Below, in pieces: positions 18,323-28,414 of a stretch of 64,000 nt of DNA. Position 1 is the stretch's first letter; each line of letters begins with the position of its first letter. A program made the translations under genes and the position numbers. Below the pieces are notes generated by a model, which saw only the letters and a program-made list of their open reading frames with translations, was not told where the DNA came from and made no database searches. The DNA is from a virus. The stretch is from positions 4,110 to 68,109 of IMG/VR virus record IMGVR_UViG_3300006920_000004; one strand, given 5' to 3'.

Positions 18323-18732
18323 TGGCTAAAAAGGTAGAAAAACAAAGGTTTAAAATTGACTTTATAGAATTTTGTTTCCTCGTGGAGGCGTGCATACCGC
18401 CAAGACCGATTGCTCGTGCAATGTTTTGGCATAATGTAATAAACGAGTATTACCACGAACTTACGACAAACGAAAGAGTAAAGCTATACGAATGGATAAA
18501 TAGAAGTTATTCTATGCAACACGCTCTAGAACTCAATAACGAAGATGCTATTGAGTTTAACTTACGCTACGACCCTAATAATCAGTATGAGGTAAGAACT
18601 GAATGTGAAGGCAAAGAAGAAACCGTACAAGCCTACAAAGATGGAGATAAGTACTATGTAAAAATTAACAAATGGATTTCACCAGAGTTTATAAAGGAAG
18701 TAATAAAAACAGAATGGAACAAGGAAAATTAA
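18322..18732 (+). CDS. Hypothetical protein
   Basis: 136-aa coupled ORF. Confidence 0.75.
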   Translation: MAKKVEKQRFKIDFIEFCFLVEACIPPRPIARAMFWHNVINEYYHELTTNERVKLYEWINRSYSMQHALELNNEDAIEFNLRYDPNNQYEVRTECEGKEETVQAYKDGDKYYVKINKWISPEFIKEVIKTEWNKEN

Positions 18733-18902
18733 AAATAACATTTGAAACAGACAATGTAAAGCACTTAGCTGTTATGAGTGATTCTGTAGGACTAGAAGAA
18801 ATATACAACGCAGTAAACGCAATGCTGATAGGTATGACTTTTCATCAAGAAACAATAAACAATTACATTTTAGAATTAGCAGAGAGTATAGAAAATAAAT
18901 AA
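18714..18902 (+). CDS. Hypothetical protein
   Basis: Likely start MEQGKLKITF. Confidence 0.6.
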   Translation: MEQGKLKITFETDNVKHLAVMSDSVGLEEIYNAVNAMLIGMTFHQETINNYILELAESIENK

Positions 18903-19085
18903 AAAAAAATTATGAACAAAATAGAAAGAGCAATTTACGATGTTAAGTTATTAATTAAAGACAGAGAGTATAAAATATTAGTTGCAGAAACAGAACTTAA
19001 ATCTTTAAAAGTACAACTTAACACTTTAATAATAATTGAAGAAGACCAATCCATACCTTACGAAACATTTATTAACAAATAAACT

Positions 19086-19286
19086 ATGACACCAATATAC
19101 TTTCAACCAAAAGGAATTAGACCTCAATTTTGTGAGGTAGGTATGATTTCAGATACAGACCCTGATTACATTTGGTACTTAAATGAACCTTGTAAAATTT
19201 TAATTAGTGAAGTTAAAATCATAGACAACGGAGAAGTATTTTATAATAAAAAAACTAGAAACCACGAAGTAATAAAATGGAAATAG
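19086..19286 (+). CDS. Hypothetical protein
   Basis: 66-aa ORF. Confidence 0.65.
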   Translation: MTPIYFQPKGIRPQFCEVGMISDTDPDYIWYLNEPCKILISEVKIIDNGEVFYNKKTRNHEVIKWK

Positions 19287-19424
19287 AAGTATGATAATAA
19301 AAATAAAACACTATGAAACAGTTGTTGAAATTGAAACAAAGGATAGCACAAGCGAAACACATAACAACGAAAATATTTTAAAAATAGTAAAAGAAGTTTT
19401 TATACAAATTACAGAAGTAAAAAA

Positions 19425-19799
19425 ATGAAACTACCAATATTTAAGCAACTCCTTAGTAAAATCAAAAAGACAGATGATACTATTGACATATTATACAAAT
19501 ACATTGACATAACAAATGTTACAGAGGAATATAATTCTATAATAACACTTTTGTTAGAACATTACTACGGAGAAGAAGCTAATGAATGGATAGGCTGGTA
19601 TTTGTACGAGAAAGCAGGTCGTAAGGATATAAAAGCATGGGATAAGGATAAGAAAGAGATATGCAGGAACGAGAAAGAACTTTGGGAGTTATGTGAACAA
19701 GCAAGAGTTGTAAAGCTTGATTACGAACCAAAAACCCCAATGACAAATAAACGAAGAGCAGAACTAATGGAGGAGATGAAAAAAATATTTGTAGATTAA
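19425..19799 (+). CDS. Hypothetical protein
   Basis: 124-aa ORF. Confidence 0.7.
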   Translation: MKLPIFKQLLSKIKKTDDTIDILYKYIDITNVTEEYNSIITLLLEHYYGEEANEWIGWYLYEKAGRKDIKAWDKDKKEICRNEKELWELCEQARVVKLDYEPKTPMTNKRRAELMEEMKKIFVD

Positions 19800-19844
19800 A
19801 AAGATTTAATTAGGAATTTAATTCAAAAGACTTAGATTTGCTCT

Positions 19845-19934
19845 TGTGTTAATTGGAAATAGTTCTCATAATGCTATTTCAAATAAATTTGTTTTGTAAA
19901 AATTCCTTCAATTAATTTTGAGGGAATTTTTTTT
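19845..19934 (+). ncRNA. Candidate stand-alone small RNA (~90 nt)
   Basis: Own promoter TTAATTAG-N19-TAGATTTG (19806-19840), hairpin GAAATAG/CTATTTC, strong terminator 19898-19934, no credible ORF. Confidence 0.6.
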
Positions 19935-19978
19935 AAAAATAAATTAGAATAATTAAATTATTTGCGTATATTTGCAAA

Positions 19979-20089
19979 ACATAAATAAGTATTAGGCAAT
20001 GTGAGAGTTGATTGATACTTACTAAAATTTAGCAATAACTAAATTAAGCCCCTTTTATCTCTCACTAATTGGGGCTTTTTTATTTAATT
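19979..20089 (+). ncRNA. Kissing-loop/terminator 5' leader of an HNH gene
   Basis: Promoter TATATTTG 19967-19974; hairpin loop GTGAGAG (20001-07) complementary to CTCTCAC (20059-65) in the loop of the AAGCCCC/GGGGCTT-U-tract hairpin. Confidence 0.65.
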
Positions 20090-20797
20090 ATGACTGATTT
20101 AGAAAATAAAGAACATAAAAAAGAATATCGTAAAATTAACAAAGAAAAAATTAAAGAATATCAAAAAGAATACAATAAAGAATATCTTTTAAAAAACAAA
20201 GAAAAAGTAATTGAATATATGAAAATATATCGTTTAAATAATAAAGAACATATTAAAGAAAATAATAAAGAATACTATCAAAATAATGCAGAAGAACTTA
20301 GCAAAAAGCAAAAAGAATATAATCAAAAAAATAAGCAGCAGCTTAATGAAAAAGCAAAAGAATATTATCAAAATAACAAAGAAAAACTTAGCAAAAAGCA
20401 AAAAGAATATAATCAAAAAAATAAGATAGAACGTAATAAAAACTTAACCAACAGAAGAGAAACAGACTCATTATTTAAATTAAGAACGAACATAAGAAAT
20501 TTAATTTATATTTCAATAAAAAAGCAAGGGTATTTAAAGCAATCAAGAACATTTGAAATACTTGGGTGTGAATATGAAGATTTTAAATTACATCTCGAAC
20601 GACAATTTACCAAAGGAATGACTTGGGAGAATCAAGGAGAATGGCATTTAGACCACATTTATCCTGTTTCACTTGCAAAAGATGAAGAAGAGTTAATTAA
20701 ACTAAACCACTATACAAATTTTCAGCCTATGTGGGCAGCAGAAAACATAAGTAAAGGGAATAGGATAATAGCAAATACCCAAATTAAATTAATATAA
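20090..20797 (+). CDS. HNH endonuclease with N-terminal K/E/Y-rich helical repeats
   Basis: GMTWENQGEWHLDHIYPVS...HYTNFQPMWAAENISKGN; duplicated KEYYQNN..LSKKQKEYNQKNK; ATG at 20090. Confidence 0.85.
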   Translation: MTDLENKEHKKEYRKINKEKIKEYQKEYNKEYLLKNKEKVIEYMKIYRLNNKEHIKENNKEYYQNNAEELSKKQKEYNQKNKQQLNEKAKEYYQNNKEKLSKKQKEYNQKNKIERNKNLTNRRETDSLFKLRTNIRNLIYISIKKQGYLKQSRTFEILGCEYEDFKLHLERQFTKGMTWENQGEWHLDHIYPVSLAKDEEELIKLNHYTNFQPMWAAENISKGNRIIANTQIKLI

Positions 20798-20892
20798 ACC
20801 ATTCAAAGATTTTTGTAAAAGAGAAGTAAGGACTTACTAGCGTTAAAAAAATTTAATTAGAATCATTCTAAACAATATTTTATATTTGCATT

Positions 20893-21069
20893 ATGGAAGA
20901 AGAATTAAAAAAAATAGAATTGGAAATATTTCTAAGAAATAGAGAGTTTACTCAATTAGCATTAGAAACAAAAGATGCAATAGAAGAAGCGGACTCATTA
21001 GAAACTTTAAAAACATGGTTCAAGGGTACAGTAAACGAATTAGGATTAGATAAATATTTTGGGTTTTAG
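20893..21069 (+). CDS. 58-aa leaderless hypothetical protein
   Basis: TATATTTG-N4-ATG; MEEELKKIELEIFLRN... Confidence 0.6.
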   Translation: MEEELKKIELEIFLRNREFTQLALETKDAIEEADSLETLKTWFKGTVNELGLDKYFGF

Positions 21070-21145
21070 AATAAATAATTAACTAATATTAATGTAATTT
21101 AAAACTAATATGTTATATTTGTGCCTTAAAATTAGATTTAGTATT

Positions 21146-21946
21146 ATGGGTTTACCATTAATTATACCAATAGTAGGAGCAGCTATGCAGGGACTAGGCG
21201 CACTTGCATCTTATCAGAGAGAACAAGCAGCCAAAGCACAGGCTGACCAACTAGCAGGACAACCATTACCCGAATACACTCCAACAGCACAAACTAACGA
21301 GCAATTTAGAACAGCTACTGCTGGAGTAGCTAATCCACAAGGATATAGTGGAGCAGAAACTTCTAAATTTCAAAATAGACTTGCTCAAATACTTGCTACA
21401 CAACAAGCCAACGCTCAAAACATGGGTGGTGGAGGAGTTGCAAGAGCGATTGGTGCAATAGGAAATGCTAGTGCAATAAATTCAAACGCTGATTTTGCTG
21501 CATCTGATGCTAATTTAAACAGAGGGCAAAGAAACATAGCTCAAAGTAGATTAAGCAACATAGTAAATCAAATTCAAGGCATGAAAAATCAAAATACTTC
21601 TTATGCAATGAATAGGAGAGCGCAAACAGAACAAGCATTAGGAAATGCTATAAGAAGTAATCGTGACCAATGGCAAGGTAGTTTAATGAACATGGGTGGA
21701 GATTTATTAGGAGCAGGGTTAACATCAAGAATAGGCATGGGTGGCGCAACAACCGCAACTCCAGCAGAAAGCGCAAGCTTAGGAGGAAGCTTAGGTAAAA
21801 CTTATTTAAGTACAGGCAGTAGAATGAACTTACCAAATAGATTTAGAAATGCAACCTATACAGCCCCAACTCCTAATTATGGAAATGGTGTAAATATGGG
21901 TGATGATTATGGAGATGCAGACCTTATAAATAAATACGGAGGTTAA
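21146..21946 (+). CDS. Probable ejection/pilot virion protein
   Basis: Gly/Ala-rich hydrophobic N-terminus and Q/N/A-rich helices; first gene of the large-protein cluster. Confidence 0.6.
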   Translation: MGLPLIIPIVGAAMQGLGALASYQREQAAKAQADQLAGQPLPEYTPTAQTNEQFRTATAGVANPQGYSGAETSKFQNRLAQILATQQANAQNMGGGGVARAIGAIGNASAINSNADFAASDANLNRGQRNIAQSRLSNIVNQIQGMKNQNTSYAMNRRAQTEQALGNAIRSNRDQWQGSLMNMGGDLLGAGLTSRIGMGGATTATPAESASLGGSLGKTYLSTGSRMNLPNRFRNATYTAPTPNYGNGVNMGDDYGDADLINKYGG

Positions 21947-21951
21947 TAATT

Positions 21952-23427
21952 ATGGCAGAAGACGTAACACTAGGGCTTGGAGGTATATTAGGCGAAAGCA
22001 CTAACTTAAAACCTATAAATGACAGACCTTTTACAAGAGCAGCACAACAAGAATTATCTTTAGGACTAAAAGCTAAAGCTGATGAAGCTAAACTAGCTGC
22101 TGAAAAAGCTAAGGTAGATAGGGAGTATATGAATATTATTAAACCTATTTCTACTGGCAATACAATAATTGATGCCAATATATCAAAAAGATATAATGAA
22201 TTTATGGCAAACAAAGATTACAATAGCTATCAAAAAAGGAATGAACTTGGTAATTTTATGGCTAATCAACAATCTCACGCAAAAGGATATGATGATTTTA
22301 CAAATGCAGTAAAAAAAGGAGATATACTTGTAAGCCCAGAAGATAAGCAAAATATTATTACAAGAAATTACGAAGCCTTATCTAAAAGTTCCGATTTTGC
22401 TAAAAACCCTGAATCTAATTTATACGAACCTATTTCATATCACCCTAATTATGATATAAATAAAATGTTAAATACTGCTTTTACATGGAGTGGAGACACC
22501 CCTTTAAATACTGCTGATAGAAAATTATCATCAATAAAAGGTAGTGATTACGCAAGTATAGCAGTTGCACCAGAAATTGTTGATAATGAAATAAACAAAT
22601 TACTTAAAGATGAACATTTTATGGCTAATTACTTATTAAAAAATAAGGAAAAAGTTAATAAAGAAATGGTTGACAGTAAAGTAGATTTACGACAAGCTGA
22701 ATTTAATTTAATTAAAAAAGAACACGCTCCTGATTTTAGAGTAGAAAGAAATATTAAAGACTTCCCTAAAGCAAGTGGTGGGTTTAATTTTAATTTTGGT
22801 GGCGGAGGTTCAATTGGCAGTAACGGTATTGAAATGAAACCAGACCCTACTAATATTGGGCTGATAAATATTAACAAAATAGTAAAAGAAGGTAAAGAGC
22901 CAGAAGTGTTAAGCGCAACAATACTTGACAAGAATGGCACATCTCATAATTTTGCTAAAATAGAAGGATTCAGAAGGATAGGGCAAGATAATTATCAAGT
23001 AATAGGTTCTATCAAAGAAGGCGGTTCTACCGTTGAGCAAACACCAAAAAACATTAGCGGAGAGCAGTTGGCGAAATCAGTAGGAATGAGTAAGGATGCT
23101 TTAGAAAAGTTCCCTATTTCATTTGATTATGACAAAGAGATGGCTGCAAGAGAAAAAGGTTTCAATATATATGTCAAAAAATATCCAAAAACAGCTAATA
23201 AATCAGGTGAATTAGAGCCTACTACTATGGAATCATTGTATGGCGACCCTGATATTACAAAATACATATCGTATAAACCAACAGCACCAACTGTAAAAAC
23301 AGTAGCACCACAAGCAACAACTAAACCTCAATCAGCAAGTAAAACAATGACAAGTGCTGAATACAGAAAATTAAGCCCAACAGAAAGAGCCGCATTTAAA
23401 ACAAGCGGAGGTAAAGTAGAAGGATAA
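21952..23427 (+). CDS. Probable internal virion (ejection) protein
   Basis: 491 aa; synteny. Confidence 0.55.
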   Translation: MAEDVTLGLGGILGESTNLKPINDRPFTRAAQQELSLGLKAKADEAKLAAEKAKVDREYMNIIKPISTGNTIIDANISKRYNEFMANKDYNSYQKRNELGNFMANQQSHAKGYDDFTNAVKKGDILVSPEDKQNIITRNYEALSKSSDFAKNPESNLYEPISYHPNYDINKMLNTAFTWSGDTPLNTADRKLSSIKGSDYASIAVAPEIVDNEINKLLKDEHFMANYLLKNKEKVNKEMVDSKVDLRQAEFNLIKKEHAPDFRVERNIKDFPKASGGFNFNFGGGGSIGSNGIEMKPDPTNIGLININKIVKEGKEPEVLSATILDKNGTSHNFAKIEGFRRIGQDNYQVIGSIKEGGSTVEQTPKNISGEQLAKSVGMSKDALEKFPISFDYDKEMAAREKGFNIYVKKYPKTANKSGELEPTTMESLYGDPDITKYISYKPTAPTVKTVAPQATTKPQSASKTMTSAEYRKLSPTERAAFKTSGGKVEG

Positions 23428-23431
23428 AAAT

Positions 23432-26400
23432 ATGCCAGATAAAATAAAAGAAGCATTTACAGCTATAAACGACAAAGAGTTATTTTTAGACGAGCAAGAC
23501 TTTAGGGATAATGTAATAAAAGACCCTAAAGGAACATTTGAAGCATTGAATAATTATGGTAAAACTAAAGGGTTTTTTTTAGATTACGGAGATTTTGAAA
23601 GTGCTTTAGATTTAAAAAAAAAAGTACCTTCCGTACCAACTTTTTCAACAAGTTTGGAAGAGGTTATTCAGCCTTTACCAAATGGTGTAAAAGAAATTGC
23701 TCAATCTCCATTAACATCGAACTTAAAATCGGAAATACCGACATACATTGACCCTACAAAACCTTTAAAAACTAAAGATGTTGTAGATGTAAATGCCGAG
23801 AAAAAACCTTTTGATAGCAATGTAATAAGAGAACAGCGTAAGCAAAGAATGGGTACACATAGTAGCAACTTAATGGCTGCCATTGTAAAAGAACCCGACC
23901 TATACACTAAGAAAGCATCTACTTCTCATTACGGAACACAGTTTGTACCCGAAACGCCTAATATTGAAAACATATCAAAGGCAATAGATGTATATGCCGA
24001 CAAAATAAAAAGAACTACTGGCGAAGATATTACTACTTACGATAAACAATATTTAGTAAATAGTGTTGCTGAACAAGTAAAACAAAGAAAAGATATTGCA
24101 GAAGCAGCATCAAATGCAAGTTTAAGGGCAACAAATAGAAAAGAATTACCATCATACGCTTACACAGGGGTAACTAATAATAAAGGAGAAGTATTAACAA
24201 AAGGATTTTTTCAAGAAGCAAACGAAAAAATAATCAACGAGCAAAATAAAGAAGTTAATAATTATAAAATCAATTCTCAAAACTTAACCAATAAAGTTGC
24301 ATTAGAAGTAGCACCCGAAGTAAATGCCTTAAAACTTGATGTTAAAAGCAAAGCAGAAATGTTAAACCAAGAGGTTGCAACTGCTTTTAATAAATCATTT
24401 GAAGAAAAAGACAAAGCACTATACGCTCAATATAATCAATTAGTTCAAAGCGGACAAATGACACCAGAAGTAGCAAACGGTGCATTAAAAATAAAAAGAG
24501 AAGAATTACAAAAGCAAACACAAGACGAAGTAACTGCTGCCTATGCGCCTAAATTTGACCAATTAAATAAAGATGTTAATTTAAAATCAAAAGATATTCA
24601 GAGTAGGTACAATAGAAACTATTTAGCAAAAGCAAACTTACTAAAAGAAGCTACTGATAAGAGATTACAAGAAATAGCCCAAAAAAATATGGTAAATATG
24701 CCAAAGGGGTATATGGAAAAATGGGGTAAAGATTTTCAAGAAAGTTTATCTGAAATAAATAAAAAAAATATAAATCAAGCATATTTAGAAGCCAAAAATA
24801 CACCAATGGCAGTAAGAATGTCAAAAGCTATAACAGCAGGTTTTGGCGATGTATTAGGCTCAATAGGTGGTGCTATGTCTTTTGCAGGTTTAGATGCAAG
24901 TGCAGTAAACGATGTAGTTATTAAAACTGCAATGCAAAACGAATTAGCAAGTGGCGCATACTATCAAATTAAAGACGAGGAGTCAAAATTAAAAGGAAAT
25001 AAATACGAAAACTTTGGAGAAAAACTTTTAGACCCTTCATGGTGGATTGACAATGGTGTTCGTTCTGTTCCATTTATGTTAGCAACTATGCCAGTAGGAA
25101 TAGCAGCAGGTTACGGAACAGGAACTTTGGTTAAAATGTTAGGCGCAAGTAAAAGAGCAGCAGCTATTTCAAGTGCAGTAGGTGGTGGTGCTGTAAGTTG
25201 GTTAGGAGAAGCAACACTAGAAGCAGGAAGTGCATTTAACGATGCTTTAAAACAAGGATATTCAGAAAAAGATGCTGGAGAAATAGCAGCAAGAACATAC
25301 GAGAATAACTTATCAACATTACCTTTAAGTGTGTTTCAAATGATGCCAGTATTTAGTAAAGCGTTTAACTTTACTAAAGCTTTTGCAATGGAAACAGTTT
25401 CAGGGGGAGCAGAAGAAATATTACAAGGTTGGTCACAAGCACAAGCAAACGCATCAGCACAAGGTCAAGACGTAAGTATATTTGAATATGCTAAAACTCC
25501 ACAAGCATTAGAGGAAGGAACTATTGGAGCAGCAATGTCATCGGGAATGGCACTATTTGCTTTAGATAATACTCCTAATATTGACAAACAAATATCTGCA
25601 TTAATGAGTTCTATAAGCGTAGGTGGCGAACAACACGCAAGAGCAGTATTAGATATAATGAACAAGAATAAAGCCATTACAGATGTTCAATATAAAGAAG
25701 CTAATTTACAGTTAGACTATATAATGAATGGTATCGAAAGTGTTCAAAACTTTAACGTAGATGATAACGTGAAGGTAGGATTAGTAGGTAAATTTGCTAA
25801 AATAGGCAGAGCAAAAGCTATGCTTACAGATGATGAAAATGATTTGGCAAGTCAAGCTGCAAAAGAAATGATTGCAGAACAAGAAAAAGAGATAAAAGAA
25901 ATTTTAAAAGGAACTACTCCTTTATATTTAGTATTTGAAAAAGGCAATCCAATACCAACAGCAGCAAGTAAAGAGGATTTTATAGCAATATTAAAAGACC
26001 CAAAATTAAGAGAGCAATTTACATTACAAGCAATAAACGATGATAAATGGCAATCACAAGTAGATAAAGTATATAAAACAGAAACACCAACAGTTAGTGA
26101 AGAAACTTCCCCTTCGGAAGTTACTGCAATAACTGACATAAATCAAGAACAAACAAATGCAGAACAAGAAATTACTCCAACAACTCAAACCACTATTACA
26201 CCAAGTAGCGATATTAGTAGTAAAGTACAGGCATCTGGTAATGTAGAACAAATTGATTTAGATTTTGAAGGAAAACCTAATAAATTTTCAGATATTACAT
26301 TAGAAGATAATAACCAATTCGATTTTGAATATGAACTAAAAAAATCGTTAGGATTTGAAGGCAATCAATCTTTTAGTGGATATAAAGGTATGGGAAAAAT

Positions 26401-28315
26401 TGGAGATAACGGAACTGAAATTGTTATTAGGGTTAAAGACCATACTGCAAATCCCGATAGAATAGATGCAGAAATGGATGAAGATTATGGTGATACTAAA
26501 TTGTTTATTAATGTAATTCCTTACGAACAAAAAGGTTTTTTTGATAAATACGATAGAGAAGGATTGGTAAATATTTATATTAAAGAAGGCGATACAGTTT
26601 CTGATATAAAACAAAAAGTAAAAGATGCAATAATAAACTATAAACAAAATGATAAAGAAAACATCACAGGGTTACAAAGTAACCAGCGAGAAGGGCAAGA
26701 ACCTAAGCAAACCAAACCTAACGAAAACAGAAGCGCAGAAGAGATTAGCGCAAGTGGAAATGTTCAAACATATGAAGAAAAAGTAGAACCCCTACTATCT
26801 AAAGAAACACCCAAAGCAGAAGTTGGAGATATTTCAAAGGAAGATGAGAATTACAAGCAATCAAGGGAGGTTACAGAAGCGGTAAGCAAAGAAAATCCTG
26901 AGGCAAGTGTATTAATACATCCTAAAGGAGAAGATTTAAGTTTAACAGCAGTATATGTAGGAAAAGAAAAAAGAGGTCAAGGAATAGGCTCAAAAGTACT
27001 TGAAAGCGTAAAAAGGCAAGCAGATAAATTAGGTAAAAAAGTAGTTTTAGATGCTACTAAAGAATTAGACGAGGAAACCGACTTAGAGAGATTAGGAAAT
27101 TTTTATGAAAAGAATGGATTTGTAAAAGTTGGTGAAAATAAGTTTGAATACAATTCAAAAGAAACACTCAAAGAAGAAAGTAAACCTATAACCTTACCAA
27201 CAGAAGATAAAAGTAAAGAGATAGCTTTACAAAAGGAAAGTGAATCAGAAATTATAGATAAGATAAACGCATTTCCAAGCAGTTCCAATACTTTTGACCA
27301 ATCATTAAAAGAATCAATGCTAGAAAACCCTCAAAGAGCAAAATTGGCTTTTGAGTTAAGAGATTTGGCAAGTAAAGTATGGGAAATGGATTTAGACCCA
27401 ACAGGGAAAAATATAAGTTCATTATCAATGTTTTTTTATGGAGATGCCAATAATGCTACTGAATTTTTAGAAGGTCAAATAAAAGACGCTAATAGTTCAA
27501 TAGAGCGAATGAAAGGGCAAATATCAAGGTTAGGTAAATCAAAATCTGACCAAAGTTTAATAAAAAGTTATGAAGAAGACATAGCTAGTAGAGAAAAAGC
27601 TATTAAAAAATACAAACAATATTTAACCCCCTCACCTACCACAGAAAACCTTAAAGGTGAAACCACCGAGAAGCCTACTACCAAAGAAGTTACTCCTACT
27701 GAAAGTCCAGTTTTTGATGATAAAAACATGACAAAAGAGGGGGGAGAAATACCACAACAAATAATAGACAAAGAAGGCGAAAAAGAATACTTAGCTATCG
27801 TTGGCGATAACGGATATAAATATGCAATATCAATAGGTGAAGGTGTAAATCAAGGGCTATTAGGGAGAAAAGAGGATATAAAAAAGGCAGAAGCAGAATA
27901 TAATGATAAAGGATGGTATATATCTTCGCAACTAGGAATTGATAATCTAATGAATGTTTTTGTTAAAAACAAGGAGATTCTAAACTATATAATAGATAAA
28001 AAATATCATAAGGAATTAGGCATAAAAACAACTGTTCAAGAAACGAGAACAGAAGCAAAAACTGAACAAACCAAAAAAGTAGTTAAAGACCTAAACACAG
28101 CAGAAGTAGAAGCGGTAGCAAAAGTTTTAGCAAGAGAAAATACTAAGCAAGGTAAAACCGAAGCTAAAAATGCTAGAAAAACCGAAGCAAGTAAATCAAT
28201 TAAAGAAACACAAAACGCTGAAACAATATTAGCAATAACAAATAACTTAGATATGATTAGAGCCAAATTACTTGAAAGTGGCGACATAAAAACTATTGAT
28301 TGTAAATGGGGCTAA
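23432..28315 (+). CDS. Large internal virion/ejection protein with an embedded GNAT domain
   Basis: 1627 aa; hydrophobic Gly/Ala segment and E...E..Q helical motifs; GNAT motif V..EKRGQGIGSKVL...L..FYEKNGF. Confidence 0.7.
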   Translation: MPDKIKEAFTAINDKELFLDEQDFRDNVIKDPKGTFEALNNYGKTKGFFLDYGDFESALDLKKKVPSVPTFSTSLEEVIQPLPNGVKEIAQSPLTSNLKSEIPTYIDPTKPLKTKDVVDVNAEKKPFDSNVIREQRKQRMGTHSSNLMAAIVKEPDLYTKKASTSHYGTQFVPETPNIENISKAIDVYADKIKRTTGEDITTYDKQYLVNSVAEQVKQRKDIAEAASNASLRATNRKELPSYAYTGVTNNKGEVLTKGFFQEANEKIINEQNKEVNNYKINSQNLTNKVALEVAPEVNALKLDVKSKAEMLNQEVATAFNKSFEEKDKALYAQYNQLVQSGQMTPEVANGALKIKREELQKQTQDEVTAAYAPKFDQLNKDVNLKSKDIQSRYNRNYLAKANLLKEATDKRLQEIAQKNMVNMPKGYMEKWGKDFQESLSEINKKNINQAYLEAKNTPMAVRMSKAITAGFGDVLGSIGGAMSFAGLDASAVNDVVIKTAMQNELASGAYYQIKDEESKLKGNKYENFGEKLLDPSWWIDNGVRSVPFMLATMPVGIAAGYGTGTLVKMLGASKRAAAISSAVGGGAVSWLGEATLEAGSAFNDALKQGYSEKDAGEIAARTYENNLSTLPLSVFQMMPVFSKAFNFTKAFAMETVSGGAEEILQGWSQAQANASAQGQDVSIFEYAKTPQALEEGTIGAAMSSGMALFALDNTPNIDKQISALMSSISVGGEQHARAVLDIMNKNKAITDVQYKEANLQLDYIMNGIESVQNFNVDDNVKVGLVGKFAKIGRAKAMLTDDENDLASQAAKEMIAEQEKEIKEILKGTTPLYLVFEKGNPIPTAASKEDFIAILKDPKLREQFTLQAINDDKWQSQVDKVYKTETPTVSEETSPSEVTAITDINQEQTNAEQEITPTTQTTITPSSDISSKVQASGNVEQIDLDFEGKPNKFSDITLEDNNQFDFEYELKKSLGFEGNQSFSGYKGMGKIGDNGTEIVIRVKDHTANPDRIDAEMDEDYGDTKLFINVIPYEQKGFFDKYDREGLVNIYIKEGDTVSDIKQKVKDAIINYKQNDKENITGLQSNQREGQEPKQTKPNENRSAEEISASGNVQTYEEKVEPLLSKETPKAEVGDISKEDENYKQSREVTEAVSKENPEASVLIHPKGEDLSLTAVYVGKEKRGQGIGSKVLESVKRQADKLGKKVVLDATKELDEETDLERLGNFYEKNGFVKVGENKFEYNSKETLKEESKPITLPTEDKSKEIALQKESESEIIDKINAFPSSSNTFDQSLKESMLENPQRAKLAFELRDLASKVWEMDLDPTGKNISSLSMFFYGDANNATEFLEGQIKDANSSIERMKGQISRLGKSKSDQSLIKSYEEDIASREKAIKKYKQYLTPSPTTENLKGETTEKPTTKEVTPTESPVFDDKNMTKEGGEIPQQIIDKEGEKEYLAIVGDNGYKYAISIGEGVNQGLLGRKEDIKKAEAEYNDKGWYISSQLGIDNLMNVFVKNKEILNYIIDKKYHKELGIKTTVQETRTEAKTEQTKKVVKDLNTAEVEAVAKVLARENTKQGKTEAKNARKTEASKSIKETQNAETILAITNNLDMIRAKLLESGDIKTIDCKWG

Positions 28316-28352
28316 ATAACTATACTCGCAAAACTACAACAAACAAAAATAG

Positions 28353-28386
28353 AAAGCTATGCTAATTCAGCGTAGCTTTTTGTTTT
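28353..28386 (+). terminator. Intrinsic terminator (first copy of a terminator-promoter direct repeat)
   Basis: AAAGCTATGCT-AATTC-AGCGTAGCTTT followed by a T tract. Confidence 0.75.
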
Positions 28387-28414
28387 TGTTGCAAAAAATA
28401 ATACCTTTGTAATT

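Noticed and set aside
20260-20430. 90-bp-period duplication as a DNA-level element
   Set aside because: Explained by in-frame helical repeats of the HNH N-terminus.
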